Positions 35,584-45,899 of a DNA stretch of 64,000 nt are shown here, piece by piece. Position numbers and translations under genes: made by a program. The stretch is from positions 233,652-297,651 of the IMG/VR virus record IMGVR_UViG_3300002835_000001; one strand, given 5' to 3'. The first letter of the stretch is position 1; the number at the start of each line of letters is the position of its first letter. The notes under the pieces were generated by a model. It worked only from the letters and a program-made list of their open reading frames with translations, did not search any database and was not told the origin of the DNA. This stretch comes from a virus. Taxonomy: Duplodnaviria; Caudoviricetes.

Positions 35584-36492
35584 TTATACATATCTTTGCG
35601 CTAAAAGTTTTAACATTCCCATACCCATTGTTCCACCAAACATTCCACCATCATCTTCCTGGCTTTTATCTCTACCTTCGATTTTGGCTAAATCACTTTC
35701 TGATGTATTTGAATTAACCATTTCAGAAAATTTTTCATTTTTTGAGAAACGTTCCAATTCATTAGGGTCCCCCATTCTTCTTTCAAAATCTGTTAAATTT
35801 GGAATACCTAAAATAGCCAATAAATTATTAGCAACTATAAAATTTCTAATATATTGTCTTTTTGCTCTACTACCTAAATAAGTTATATTATACCAGTTAG
35901 ATAACCATGTTTTTGGTGCATATCCTTTTTTAACAATATATTGTGCTAATTTTTCTTCTCTAAAAAATTTAGTTAGTCCCCCACCAATTTTACCGGTACT
36001 AACAACCGCACTTGCAATCCCTTTAGGTCTTTCCAATAATTTAGTAAGAACCGACTTATGTTGAGTTAAGGAAATTTGAATTTGTTTTGCAAACGTAGGT
36101 GAAACTTCATCAACCTGAGAAATTAATTTATTTACTGTCTTACTATCTGCGTATTTACCTAATTTACTATATTGTTCAGCAACCTTAGGGTTCTTTCTCA
36201 AGAATGAAACCATTTCATCGGTTCCCTTTAATGCATTTTTTGCTAACGGAGATTTAAATATTTTTATCAAAGGTTTTGCTATAAAATCACCAACTGTTGG
36301 TATTAAAGCAAATAACATTAAACCAGCGTATAACCATTCTCTTTTGTAACAATAATAAATAATCAAAGCTAAATCGGCAACTTCACCGATAACGGGAACA
36401 AATCCCACTATCATTAAAGTATTCTCAATCCAGTTTTCATTTATGACCTGTTTTGATTCTAATAACTCTTCTTTAGTGTAATATTTTTTCAT
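35584..36492 (-). CDS. Late protein with a pre-toxin TG-like motif
   Basis: IVGFVPVIGEVADLA and ALIPTVGDF. Leader-like N-terminus. Confidence 0.6.
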   Translation of the reverse strand: MKKYYTKEELLESKQVINENWIENTLMIVGFVPVIGEVADLALIIYYCYKREWLYAGLMLFALIPTVGDFIAKPLIKIFKSPLAKNALKGTDEMVSFLRKNPKVAEQYSKLGKYADSKTVNKLISQVDEVSPTFAKQIQISLTQHKSVLTKLLERPKGIASAVVSTGKIGGGLTKFFREEKLAQYIVKKGYAPKTWLSNWYNITYLGSRAKRQYIRNFIVANNLLAILGIPNLTDFERRMGDPNELERFSKNEKFSEMVNSNTSESDLAKIEGRDKSQEDDGGMFGGTMGMGMLKLLAQRYV

Positions 36493-37121
36493 TATCCGTG
36501 TATTAAATTACAAAATTTTGCTCCAGCAATTTCACCAAGATTAGAAGCTTCTATTGATTCACCAAATAAATTACCAACACCTAATTTAACAACCTCACTT
36601 CCACCTGGAGATACTCGCCCACCAATATATGAACCAATACTTTTCATTATGGCATCACATAGAGCTGGCATACTATCGGATGCCATACAAGATGACATAT
36701 CTTTAAATGGTTTTAATAAATTAAGTGGGTCAAATCTTGCAAATGTTGAAGCCACAAATTCCGACGCCTCACCTTTTAACCCTAAATTACTAAGTAACCA
36801 TCTTATTGCGTATTCTTTAATTGACGTCATTATAGTTCCTTTTGCAATCTTACCCCAGTCAGCATTTTTAACTTGTGATAATGCATCATCACCAGCTGCA
36901 ACTAATGAACTTGCGTCTTGTTCGTTTAAAAAACTTTCAATCTCATCCATTTCATACCCCTCACTTATTAAGTTTGAGGAAGCTATTAACACTCTAGTTA
37001 AGAATTCATCTTTACTAGATGAACCCCTAACTATTGAAAAAGATTCTTGAAAAATTTCTTTTCTTGTACGTTGTAAATTTTCACTTACAACCTTTCTAAT
37101 ATCTACTTTTATATTACTCAT
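36492..37121 (-). CDS. Hypothetical late protein
   Basis: 209-aa ORF coupled to its neighbours. Confidence 0.7.
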   Translation of the reverse strand: MSNIKVDIRKVVSENLQRTRKEIFQESFSIVRGSSSKDEFLTRVLIASSNLISEGYEMDEIESFLNEQDASSLVAAGDDALSQVKNADWGKIAKGTIMTSIKEYAIRWLLSNLGLKGEASEFVASTFARFDPLNLLKPFKDMSSCMASDSMPALCDAIMKSIGSYIGGRVSPGGSEVVKLGVGNLFGESIEASNLGEIAGAKFCNLIHG

Positions 37122-37124
37122 TTT

Positions 37125-39170
37125 TTATTGTTTTACCCAAACGTATTTAACCCCGTAACCTTTATCTTTGTCTTTAATTGATTCTTCTCTATATCCCAAT
37201 GTTGCAACATATTGACTTAATTGGTCTTTAGCGTCTCCTCCCATGGATTCTCCTTTATATTTAAGTCTTCCTCCTTCACTAAAGATGTATGGGAATTCAG
37301 GATTTGATCCATCACCATAGTTTGATTGTAACATTTTGTAAATTGATTCACCATTATTAGATGACCCGCTACCCATATCAATAGGTTTAACTTTACCTGT
37401 TAAATCACCTAATTTAGTGGTATCGGATAATTTTATTTTTTCTGTAGATATTGGTGCCAATTCTGCGTCACTATATTTTTTACGTTCAGGTTCGGAGGTC
37501 TCGGCTCCACCACATTTGGCTTTAACGGCATCATATATTTCTTTTGTAATACCACCTGATAAATCATAAGTTGGTTCCATTGTACGCTTTGTTTTAGGTC
37601 CAAAATAACCTTTTTGTGGTGTGATACCTAAACAACCTTGTATTTCTGCAATTTTTGGTGAAATACAACCAAATTCAAATGGAAAATCTTTAGAAGAACA
37701 ATCATGATAATTAACTCCAGATTTACTACCTCCACCAACACTTCCTCCACCAACTGGTGTTTCATCTTTCTTTTCACCATCCCATGAGATATCTATTTTG
37801 GATAACCCAATTTTACCAGCAACTGGAGGTGTCACACCGGGTGTCACAGGTTGTGTACTTGTATTATTTGCTAAAGCAATAATTTGAGGTTTCATGTTTT
37901 TAGCCTTTACGCTTAAATTTGCAACACCGACACCCTGAACGTCAGATACAAAATCTTTGTCCTCATCTTCTTTATAATATTGTAAGAATTTTTTAATTGC
38001 ATCCTCACCATTATTTGTTTTACCTTTTAATGCCGTTAAAATATTAAAAAGACTTTGTAAATTATATTCAGCAACATATCCATCTAAATCATCTACAGCA
38101 TCATCAACATATGTATCCATCATTTCATCACTAATTTCATTAGCTTGCTCATTAAGTACTAATCTTGTTAATGACATTATTTTTGATTCCGTCTGTATTT
38201 TTACCTGACCATCTTTACATTTCCATGTACCCATTTTCTTTGTTTTAATATCGGCAACTCTACCGTTAGAGACAAAATTCAATCCTTCGGGATATTCTGG
38301 AGTTACTAAACGTACAACCGTTAACTTACTGGCACCTACCTGCATTATTGTACCTTCTTTTGAATCAAGTAATTCTTTGATACAAGGTGCCCATTGAGTA
38401 TCGTCAGCCGGTGGAGTCGGTGGCGTTTCTGCTGGTTTTTCACCATCAGCAACAAACCCATCCAACATATACCAAAGAGCGGCGGCACCAATACCTAATC
38501 CAGCACCCCATGCAACCATTTCTTTCCAACTTCGCTTTTTCTTTAATTGTTCTTGTATTTTAGTTTTCCATTTTTCCCATAAAGTTTTTATATTTGATGG
38601 TGCTGGTGGTACATTAGGTTTAGGATTAGGTTTACCGGACGTTGCTCCAATATCTTTTTTTGCAATTGTTTCAGGGCGAGCGTATGGTTTTCCAGTTTTT
38701 GGATCTATTTGATTAAATTTCTTTTGTACAATTTTTGTTATTGCATCTTCACTATAACCTGCTTGTTTTAATGCCTTTTCATATGCCGGCTGTCCTTTTG
38801 CAAATTCAGCTGCATATTTTTGGTCAAATACTTTATTTCTAACTAAATTTTCTGAAGCTAAATCAATTAATTTAGCATTTTTAGTATTTGATTTTAAAAC
38901 ACCCAATTCTAATGAACCTTTTAATGTTTTTGATAGTCTGTTACCTTTTAACGCAGCTAATAATTCTTCAGCTGTTCTAATTCCATTTTTCGTTAATTCG
39001 GCAGCAATCTTTTGGTCCTTAATCATTATTTTAAGGTAAGCCTCTAATTCAGAAGCCACTAATTTACCTTCTCTCGCTGCGGATGCGATTAAATCCTCAT
39101 CTAAAGATTGTTTAATAGTTTCAATAAGACTCATTTTATTTCTTATTGGCGAATAGTTTTTATTTTCCAT
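37125..39170 (-). CDS. Large late protein with a hydrophobic segment and a peptidoglycan-binding-like motif
   Basis: WGAGLGIGAAALW and IAEIQGCLG...GYFGPKT. Confidence 0.6.
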   Translation of the reverse strand: MENKNYSPIRNKMSLIETIKQSLDEDLIASAAREGKLVASELEAYLKIMIKDQKIAAELTKNGIRTAEELLAALKGNRLSKTLKGSLELGVLKSNTKNAKLIDLASENLVRNKVFDQKYAAEFAKGQPAYEKALKQAGYSEDAITKIVQKKFNQIDPKTGKPYARPETIAKKDIGATSGKPNPKPNVPPAPSNIKTLWEKWKTKIQEQLKKKRSWKEMVAWGAGLGIGAAALWYMLDGFVADGEKPAETPPTPPADDTQWAPCIKELLDSKEGTIMQVGASKLTVVRLVTPEYPEGLNFVSNGRVADIKTKKMGTWKCKDGQVKIQTESKIMSLTRLVLNEQANEISDEMMDTYVDDAVDDLDGYVAEYNLQSLFNILTALKGKTNNGEDAIKKFLQYYKEDEDKDFVSDVQGVGVANLSVKAKNMKPQIIALANNTSTQPVTPGVTPPVAGKIGLSKIDISWDGEKKDETPVGGGSVGGGSKSGVNYHDCSSKDFPFEFGCISPKIAEIQGCLGITPQKGYFGPKTKRTMEPTYDLSGGITKEIYDAVKAKCGGAETSEPERKKYSDAELAPISTEKIKLSDTTKLGDLTGKVKPIDMGSGSSNNGESIYKMLQSNYGDGSNPEFPYIFSEGGRLKYKGESMGGDAKDQLSQYVATLGYREESIKDKDKGYGVKYVWVKQ

Positions 39171-39193
39171 TTTTATTTTTTGATTTTTTTATT

Positions 39194-40450
39194 TTAAAGT
39201 TGATCGTAATTGTATTCGGACTCAATATCCGGGTTTGTTAATGCCAATTCGAGCGATTGTTCATAATCATTTTTTTGTCCTTGTGTATATGCCCCAATTC
39301 CTCCTAATAATGCTCCCGTATTTAACGCCGTTTGTGCACCACTACCCAATTTACCACCACCTAACGCCGATTTAAGTACTTTTCCGGGTTTACTTACAAC
39401 ATTAACTGCAGCCTTAGCTCCACCACTTAATAAATTAATAATTTGTGTCATGAAACCACCAATAGCATTTAGTGGTGTACTTATAAAACTATAAATTTTT
39501 GGGGACGTTGTTTTTAAATTAGCTAACGCCTTTCCTATAAGTCCCTTAGCTCCTGTTAAAGCGTCTAATATTTTTTTAGCGATTCCTTGTAATGCTACGT
39601 TCGATTTGATTGCCTTTGTAAATCCTTCAGTACCCGCTCCAAAACTTTTAAGTGCCGCTCCCACAATTCCTTTAGCTCCTTTAGCCGCTATACCAGCAAA
39701 AACTAATCCTATAATATCAACACCTAAAAAAAGTAATCTCCAAGGTAATGATAATGTAGTATCTTCGTGATTTCCTGAAATTAATTCATATATATCTAAA
39801 CCAACAACTATAGCCCATATAACAAATTGTGCTCCTTTACCAACACCTGTAGCGATTAAAATTGCGTCTAATAAAATACCGATCGGGTTGTACAATGCTG
39901 CCCTAATTGATCTTGCAACGTATAAAATACCCTTTCCAATAATTTCAAAGGCTTTCTTCCATTCACCATCTTTAATATTCGTGTATAGTTTTTTTAGACC
40001 GTCTATAGAGGTGTTTGTAAAATCTTTTACTCCTTGTACGGCCGCCGCTCCTGTTTCTTTTGCATAATCCCAAGCATCGGAGAAGTAATTTCGTTCAGAT
40101 AAAAGTTGTTTAATGTAAGGTTTTAAACCTGACATATTTTGATTAGATTCAGTAATTAAAAATGAGTCTAAAGAAGTTAATACCGATTCTTTGATTTCTT
40201 GAGGTAAATTTGTTGCAACTTCAAACGAATGTTTTAAAAAGAACTTAAAATGGTCAAAATTTTCCCAAATATTACCAATTTTAACTTTATTTTCTACGTC
40301 AATTAAATCGTCAAGAAAAATACAAAACTTTTCATCTGGTGATAACCATTCAGCAATTACTATTGATTCTGATGATATTGGTCTTCCGTACATTCCCAAT
40401 ATTCTGTTTTGTTCAGATTCCGTAACTATTTGTCTTCTTTGATATACCAT
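39194..40450 (-). CDS. Late protein with several hydrophobic helices
   Basis: Leader IVTESEQNRIL, Gly/Ala-rich hydrophobic helices, TATTTATA at 40469-40476. Confidence 0.7.
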   Translation of the reverse strand: MVYQRRQIVTESEQNRILGMYGRPISSESIVIAEWLSPDEKFCIFLDDLIDVENKVKIGNIWENFDHFKFFLKHSFEVATNLPQEIKESVLTSLDSFLITESNQNMSGLKPYIKQLLSERNYFSDAWDYAKETGAAAVQGVKDFTNTSIDGLKKLYTNIKDGEWKKAFEIIGKGILYVARSIRAALYNPIGILLDAILIATGVGKGAQFVIWAIVVGLDIYELISGNHEDTTLSLPWRLLFLGVDIIGLVFAGIAAKGAKGIVGAALKSFGAGTEGFTKAIKSNVALQGIAKKILDALTGAKGLIGKALANLKTTSPKIYSFISTPLNAIGGFMTQIINLLSGGAKAAVNVVSKPGKVLKSALGGGKLGSGAQTALNTGALLGGIGAYTQGQKNDYEQSLELALTNPDIESEYNYDQL

Positions 40451-40487
40451 ACTTTTTAGAGTTTTTTATATAAATATCTCAATAATT

Positions 40488-40754
40488 TTATTTTAATGGA
40501 TTTGATTTACCTCTTTTTAATACACTACCGACAATATCACTCCATTTTGTTACCCCAATTTGATTAGATGGACCCCTTGTTACTCCACTTTCCCATTTAC
40601 CAACCGAAGGATAACCCTGACCTCCCGATTGAGCACTTGACGTACCAGTTTCAGGTTGAGTGGCGGAAGGGTCCGCTTGTTCCTCCATTTCTTTCTCAGA
40701 AACTTCTTGTGATAATATAACTTTTAATTGTCTTTCGTTAATTAGTAATTCCAT
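40488..40754 (-). CDS. Small late protein with the shared leader
   Basis: MELLINERQLKVILSQE. TATTTATA at 40759-40766. Confidence 0.7.
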   Translation of the reverse strand: MELLINERQLKVILSQEVSEKEMEEQADPSATQPETGTSSAQSGGQGYPSVGKWESGVTRGPSNQIGVTKWSDIVGSVLKRGKSNPLK

Positions 40755-40834
40755 AATATATAAATACTAAATAATATCTTTGAGGGACATTATTATTTTT
40801 AAAAATACGTAATTTAATGGAGTTTATAAAGACA

Positions 40835-41200
40835 TTAATCCTCGTATATGTCGGGATTTTCTTTTGAGAACATTTTTATGTATTGACCGGCCTTAGCATT
40901 TGCCTCATCTTCTATCTCACCTCCAATATCGGGAGGTCTAACCTCTAATCTACCCTGTTCAAATTGTTTGTGGTGAACTAATTCATGTGCCACACTCCTC
41001 ATGATGTCAACAAGTGCTCTGTTTTTACCATAAACCTTAACTACCTTGTTTTCTTTGGTGTAATCGTAATTTGCGGTGGTTTTAAGACCATCTCTATTGC
41101 TTTTAATAACAATGGTCGGAATAGAATCCAATTCCAATTGATTTTTAACGAATTTAACAAACCCGTTTAATTTTTCCTTATTGATATCGCTTAAAAGTGC
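40835..41200 (-). CDS. HExxH zincin-like metallopeptidase domain protein
   Basis: RSVAHELVHHKQ...EDEAN. Likely start is MALLSD. Confidence 0.65.
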   Translation of the reverse strand, partial: ALLSDINKEKLNGFVKFVKNQLELDSIPTIVIKSNRDGLKTTANYDYTKENKVVKVYGKNRALVDIMRSVAHELVHHKQFEQGRLEVRPPDIGGEIEDEANAKAGQYIKMFSKENPDIYED

Positions 41201-41214
41201 CATAGTAATAAATA

Positions 41215-41463
41215 TCACAAAGTTTTTTCTTCGGGTAAATCGTTTTCTTTTAGATATTGTTCAATTAATTCAATAATGAAATCCTCATCAATATCCTCCA
41301 AATCCACCTCGTCAATTATTTCTGGTGAGTAGTACTTAACCTCGTCATACCCTAATTGTAAGACCCTGTAAAAAGTGTCGCCGTCCTCATCCGTTGAGAA
41401 TTCAACAGACAACCTTCTATGGTCCTCATCGTAATAGTATTCAATTATATTCATGGTAAACAT
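41215..41463 (-). CDS. Acidic hypothetical protein
   Basis: 82-aa ORF. Confidence 0.65.
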   Translation of the reverse strand: MFTMNIIEYYYDEDHRRLSVEFSTDEDGDTFYRVLQLGYDEVKYYSPEIIDEVDLEDIDEDFIIELIEQYLKENDLPEEKTL

Positions 41464-41546
41464 TGATAATTATATTCTTTTTATTCAAAAAACAAAAAAT
41501 TGTTTAATCATATACAAAATACCATAAAAATTATGTAATTTATAGT

Positions 41547-41876
41547 ATGTTAGACTGGTATACAATTAATTATCTTTATCCTAAATCCTTTGAGAGGTTT
41601 TCTAATGTCATGTTCCCAAATGTTGGGGTGGTTAGTTTATCGACTCTTGAATTTTATGACGCTAAAAAATTATATCAATTTTTTGACAAAGAGGGTGTAT
41701 ATTTGAATGTTGAGATGTATAACCCACATCAATGGGTTTTTAGTGTATCACTTTCTAATGGAATAGTGTTTGGTCCAACACAAGAATCTAAAAAAAATAG
41801 AGAAGATGTTGAATATGATGGATTTGTGGAATGTTTTAAAATAATGGATAAAATAATAAGAGATAAGACCCAATAG
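41547..41876 (+). CDS. Hypothetical protein
   Basis: 109-aa ORF. Confidence 0.7.
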   Translation: MLDWYTINYLYPKSFERFSNVMFPNVGVVSLSTLEFYDAKKLYQFFDKEGVYLNVEMYNPHQWVFSVSLSNGIVFGPTQESKKNREDVEYDGFVECFKIMDKIIRDKTQ

Positions 41877-41883
41877 TATTTAT

Positions 41884-42180
41884 ATGGAGATGACAATTAA
41901 TTTTTTACTACAAACAATGAGGGTTCTACATGTCGGTAATTACGATGAGGAAGAACTATCAATGGTGTATAACTTCATAACTTCTGTTACCGATGACGTA
42001 TTAAATGACTATAAAGATACATGTACAATTTTATCATATGAAAATGATTTAGAGTTATATATGGAGATTTTAGACATTTGTATTGTTATTTTTGAAGATA
42101 GGGAAGAATATGAAAAATGTCAAAAATTAAAAGATAAAAAAGAAGAAGTAATAAAAATAATAGAAAATAAAACAATTTAA
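41884..42180 (+). CDS. Hypothetical protein with a UVR-like motif
   Basis: IFEDREEYEKCQKLKD. Confidence 0.65.
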   Translation: MEMTINFLLQTMRVLHVGNYDEEELSMVYNFITSVTDDVLNDYKDTCTILSYENDLELYMEILDICIVIFEDREEYEKCQKLKDKKEEVIKIIENKTI

Positions 42181-42183
42181 ATC

Positions 42184-42336
42184 ATGAGCGTATTTGGAAT
42201 GTCGGAAGACGAAAAAAAGAAAATACTTGATAAACATAAAGAGGCAACTAAAAACCATTATGTTAAAGTAGATGAAACAAAAAAAGGTTTACAAAAACCA
42301 GTAGATAAGAAAGACATAAAAAAAACCTCCAAATAG
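42184..42336 (+). CDS. 50-aa basic protein with a leader-like N-terminus (not in the ORF track)
   Basis: MSVFGMSEDEKKKILDKHKEATKNHYVKVDETKKGLQKPVDKKDIKKTSK*. Confidence 0.6.
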   Translation: MSVFGMSEDEKKKILDKHKEATKNHYVKVDETKKGLQKPVDKKDIKKTSK

Positions 42337-42350
42337 GAGGTTTTTTTTTA

Positions 42351-43151
42351 TTATGAAAATATATTATAGTATTCTCTCCATGTACATTTAATTAAATGAT
42401 ATTTTGATGTGTCTTTTAAATACGTTATATCAAATACCTTCTCATCACTACCGATAAATTCAGATTCTATACATTCGTTTACTGTGTTGTTAAAATTAAA
42501 TAATAAATCATTAACTAAATTTGATGGTACAAAAAATGCCGTCCCTTGAATATTCCTAACCTGTGATAAAGAATGCCATTGATTATCATGTACACCAAAT
42601 GGGTCATTATGACTAAAAAATGTTATTTTGTTATTATCTAAATTATTTATTTTTTCAATGTTTGGCCAAACCTTACCTTGATAAACTTCGACAGGTTCTC
42701 TTAAACCTCCCGCGTCTGCCCAAATAACAAAGTCGTTATCGAAATACCCATTATCAACACAATGTTTAATCCAATAAACTTTATTGAACATGATAACATT
42801 GTATAATGGTTTATCCATCTCAGGTACATCAAAATGTGCTTTTTGTAGAAACACATCCGAAAACATTAAATCATTTAATTTTTGATTATAGAGTTTATAT
42901 CCTTCCAATTCCTCTAATTCTTGAATAACAATAATAGTTTTTTCTAAATTAACATCATATTTTCTTCTATAACTTTCAATTTCATCTTTGAATTTTTGTT
43001 GAGTGTATATTACAAGATTGGAATCTAAGGATAATGTTCGTTCCATCCAATGAATGTATCCACCATATGATTGTGTGAATTTTTCCCATTTATCCCTACC
43101 AATGTCGTAAAGTGCGGTAACAATTACCGGATTGTTTATAGCCATTCCCAT
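42351..43151 (-). CDS. HtrL/YibB (WlaTC)-like glycosyltransferase
   Basis: IVTALYDIGR, FNKVYWIK, VIWADAG and SDEKVF. Confidence 0.75.
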   Translation of the reverse strand: MGMAINNPVIVTALYDIGRDKWEKFTQSYGGYIHWMERTLSLDSNLVIYTQQKFKDEIESYRRKYDVNLEKTIIVIQELEELEGYKLYNQKLNDLMFSDVFLQKAHFDVPEMDKPLYNVIMFNKVYWIKHCVDNGYFDNDFVIWADAGGLREPVEVYQGKVWPNIEKINNLDNNKITFFSHNDPFGVHDNQWHSLSQVRNIQGTAFFVPSNLVNDLLFNFNNTVNECIESEFIGSDEKVFDITYLKDTSKYHLIKCTWREYYNIFS

Positions 43152-43891
43152 GTTATTTTAACGTTTTTATGATATATGTTAACCTCATTAACATCAAATA
43201 ATAATGATGTATTATCAGGTTGTATTATTGTATTTAATTTCATTCCATGATAATTTAACATGGTTGGTACAAATCCTTCGTGATATGCGTGAAATTGATT
43301 TTCGTTATCTGTTAATAGTTGTTTTAATGCTCTGTTCGAAAATCTTGTAGTTGGAAAGAAGGAACCGAAATATTCTGTTACCTCATTTGGCATCACAGCT
43401 CCATGACCAGGAAACCTATAAAACCATTGGTCATTTGAAAACATTCTACTATCTGTTGTATGTATATTCGGTTGCGATAATACTCCTTTATTTTTAAAAC
43501 AAAAATAAGCTAAAAAGTCTGAATCGTCTTTATCAACACCATCAAAAAATTTAGACCAATTGTCCATTCTAATATCATCATCAAAAAACCAATAGTAATC
43601 GTAATATGGATTGGATATGTAGAAATTTAACATCCTTAGGTGCGCATAAAACCACGCTATGTTTCTTCTACCTAAACAATTCCAATAATTAGTGGTGCTC
43701 GGTTCAGTATTAAAATTTAAATTTGTTTTTAAATCATTTTCATCAAATGTAAATCCAATATCAAAAGATTTATCTTTTGTGTTATCTGAAACAAATAAAA
43801 ATTCTTTACCACTATCTTTAAAATTATCCCAATGCTGGTGATAATGTGGGTACATTTCAGGTGTTGTACAAACACAATATACGTTATTCAT
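43136..43891 (-). CDS. Putative GT-A glycosyltransferase
   Basis: YYWFFDDDIR (DxD), RFSNRAL and YHEGFVPT. Confidence 0.6.
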   Translation of the reverse strand: MNNVYCVCTTPEMYPHYHQHWDNFKDSGKEFLFVSDNTKDKSFDIGFTFDENDLKTNLNFNTEPSTTNYWNCLGRRNIAWFYAHLRMLNFYISNPYYDYYWFFDDDIRMDNWSKFFDGVDKDDSDFLAYFCFKNKGVLSQPNIHTTDSRMFSNDQWFYRFPGHGAVMPNEVTEYFGSFFPTTRFSNRALKQLLTDNENQFHAYHEGFVPTMLNYHGMKLNTIIQPDNTSLLFDVNEVNIYHKNVKITWEWL

Positions 43892-44702
43892 ATTCTTTAA
43901 TTAAAATTTCATGCCATTCAGGTACTCTATTAAATTGATGTACGATGTCAAATAGTTTATCGTCTCCGGTATATACTTTACCATCAATAAATTTTGGTAC
44001 ACCATATCTAGACTCTAAATTTCTCCTTAAACCCCAAGACTCAAAGAATTGTGTTGGTCCAGATGATTGACAATGCATTGCCCATCCTTCATCTAAACTA
44101 AAAACTTTCAATTTATCAACCATCCCTTTCGCCATCATGATTATTAATGCAGCTTGGTCCCTAACATTGTGACCATTAACAGCATATTCACACATTAAGT
44201 GCATTTTCTCAAATAAATGCATCAATGACTCTCTTTTACCCCCAATAACACCCGAACATGTGATTTCATTATTAATACAACATTCAATTTCACCAGGAAA
44301 ACATCTATTAATAACATCAGTATTCCATGGCTCCTCTCTTAACATAATACCTTCATTACTAACAAATAAATCGTAATTATCTAAATCGAATTTATCAAAT
44401 GGATTTGATTGAAATAGAACGTCAAAAACATCTGTTGATAAGAAAACATCAATATCACTTGCTTTTAAAAATTGTGATATGTGAAATAATCTTTTATTAT
44501 TTATATACCACGGGTCACCAACATCTGCAACATGATATGTGATATTTAATTCTTCACAAACCCTAATATCTTCTTCGTCTGCGTTCGCGGCAATCAATAT
44601 AACTTCTCCATCGGAATGTTTTCTAAAACTTTCCGACCACACTTTAATTTTACTCTTATGTTCTTTTATTTTATTGGATATTCCAATTAGTGCTGTTTTC
44701 AT
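43884..44702 (-). CDS. Putative nucleotide-diphospho-sugar transferase
   Basis: STDVFDVLFQSNPF, CSGVIGG, DQAALI and VHQFNR. Confidence 0.7.
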   Translation of the reverse strand: MKTALIGISNKIKEHKSKIKVWSESFRKHSDGEVILIAANADEEDIRVCEELNITYHVADVGDPWYINNKRLFHISQFLKASDIDVFLSTDVFDVLFQSNPFDKFDLDNYDLFVSNEGIMLREEPWNTDVINRCFPGEIECCINNEITCSGVIGGKRESLMHLFEKMHLMCEYAVNGHNVRDQAALIIMMAKGMVDKLKVFSLDEGWAMHCQSSGPTQFFESWGLRRNLESRYGVPKFIDGKVYTGDDKLFDIVHQFNRVPEWHEILIKEYE

Positions 44703-44703
44703 A

Positions 44704-45273
44704 TTAACAATTTAATCTACTTTCTTCTAATTCATTATTGAAATTTAAAATAGTTGGCCAAAGATACTCAATTAAATAATTTGTGTGACTTATCACTTGA
44801 TTTGGTATTGAGTCCTTTATTTTTTGGTACGATTCCTTTTCTCTCATTAATATTAATTCTTTAGATACAATACATTGAGCGGAATTAATAAACATTATTG
44901 GTAACTCATATTTTATCCCAATACTATCGGCATAATCTATCGTTTCTTTAACTATGTGATCAACACTCCTAATATAAGATATACCTAATGGGTGAAATTT
45001 TTTAGTAAAGTCAAACTCGTTAACTTTTTGGATAAATCTCGGACAATGATAAAATGGATTATCTTGACTAAAACAAACATAATCGGGTAGATTATCATAA
45101 TTGTCAATAATATACTTTAAATAAACTATAGTATCAAATCCAACATTAGGTAAATTTATTTCATATAAATCAACTTCATTTGGATTTTTATTATAAACAA
45201 TAACTTTGTGTTTAATATTTGATATCCAAGTTAAATCTTCTTTAAAGTGGCAAATAACAACCGTTAATTCCAT
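44704..45273 (-). CDS. DUF3431-like GT-associated protein
   Basis: VVICHFKEDLTWI and LPNVGFDTIVYLKYIIDNYDNLPDYVCFSQDNPFYH. Confidence 0.75.
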   Translation of the reverse strand: MELTVVICHFKEDLTWISNIKHKVIVYNKNPNEVDLYEINLPNVGFDTIVYLKYIIDNYDNLPDYVCFSQDNPFYHCPRFIQKVNEFDFTKKFHPLGISYIRSVDHIVKETIDYADSIGIKYELPIMFINSAQCIVSKELILMREKESYQKIKDSIPNQVISHTNYLIEYLWPTILNFNNELEESRLNC

Positions 45274-45896
45274 TATACCAATTCCGTTTTTGAAAATAAT
45301 ACATCGTGTTGAATTAAAATTGAATGGTTCTCTGGATGGTGAATATCTGACACGATTTTATGGTGTGGGTAACCAATAGAGGACATAAATTCTTTTAATT
45401 CGTCAAACATCGGAGCACCTAAATTGTATGGGTAAACCGAAGCCTCCAATAAAAATATCTTCGCTCTTTTACACATTTCCAATCCACCTTTTATAATGTC
45501 CATCTCTGACCCCTGACTATCTATTTTAATAAAATCAAACGTAACCTCGTTTTTAAAAATTTCATCTAACGTTGATGTTTTAATTTGTTCAGTTAATAAC
45601 TTATCGTCACTATAATAGTTTGTGTTTTCTCTATATAAAGAATCGCCAGTATTAAATGCGTTATATGTTGTTTTATAAACAATGGTGTCTTTAACTTCGT
45701 TGCTTAAATAAACAATTTTATAATCAATTCCTGAATTACCAATGTAATGTTCAGTAATATGATTACCATCTATCATGTAATAATACGCTTCAGGGTAAAA
45801 TTGTTTACAACCAAATGTAAACGTACCGGCATGTGCTCCAACATCTAATACCGACTTAATATCTAAGTTATTATTAATTAAAATTTTAAAATCCAT
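45273..45896 (-). CDS. FkbM-family methyltransferase
   Basis: VLDVGAHAG, TSTLD and FIKIDSQGSEMDIIKGG. Confidence 0.88.
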   Translation of the reverse strand: MDFKILINNNLDIKSVLDVGAHAGTFTFGCKQFYPEAYYYMIDGNHITEHYIGNSGIDYKIVYLSNEVKDTIVYKTTYNAFNTGDSLYRENTNYYSDDKLLTEQIKTSTLDEIFKNEVTFDFIKIDSQGSEMDIIKGGLEMCKRAKIFLLEASVYPYNLGAPMFDELKEFMSSIGYPHHKIVSDIHHPENHSILIQHDVLFSKTELV

Positions 45897-45899
45897 AAG

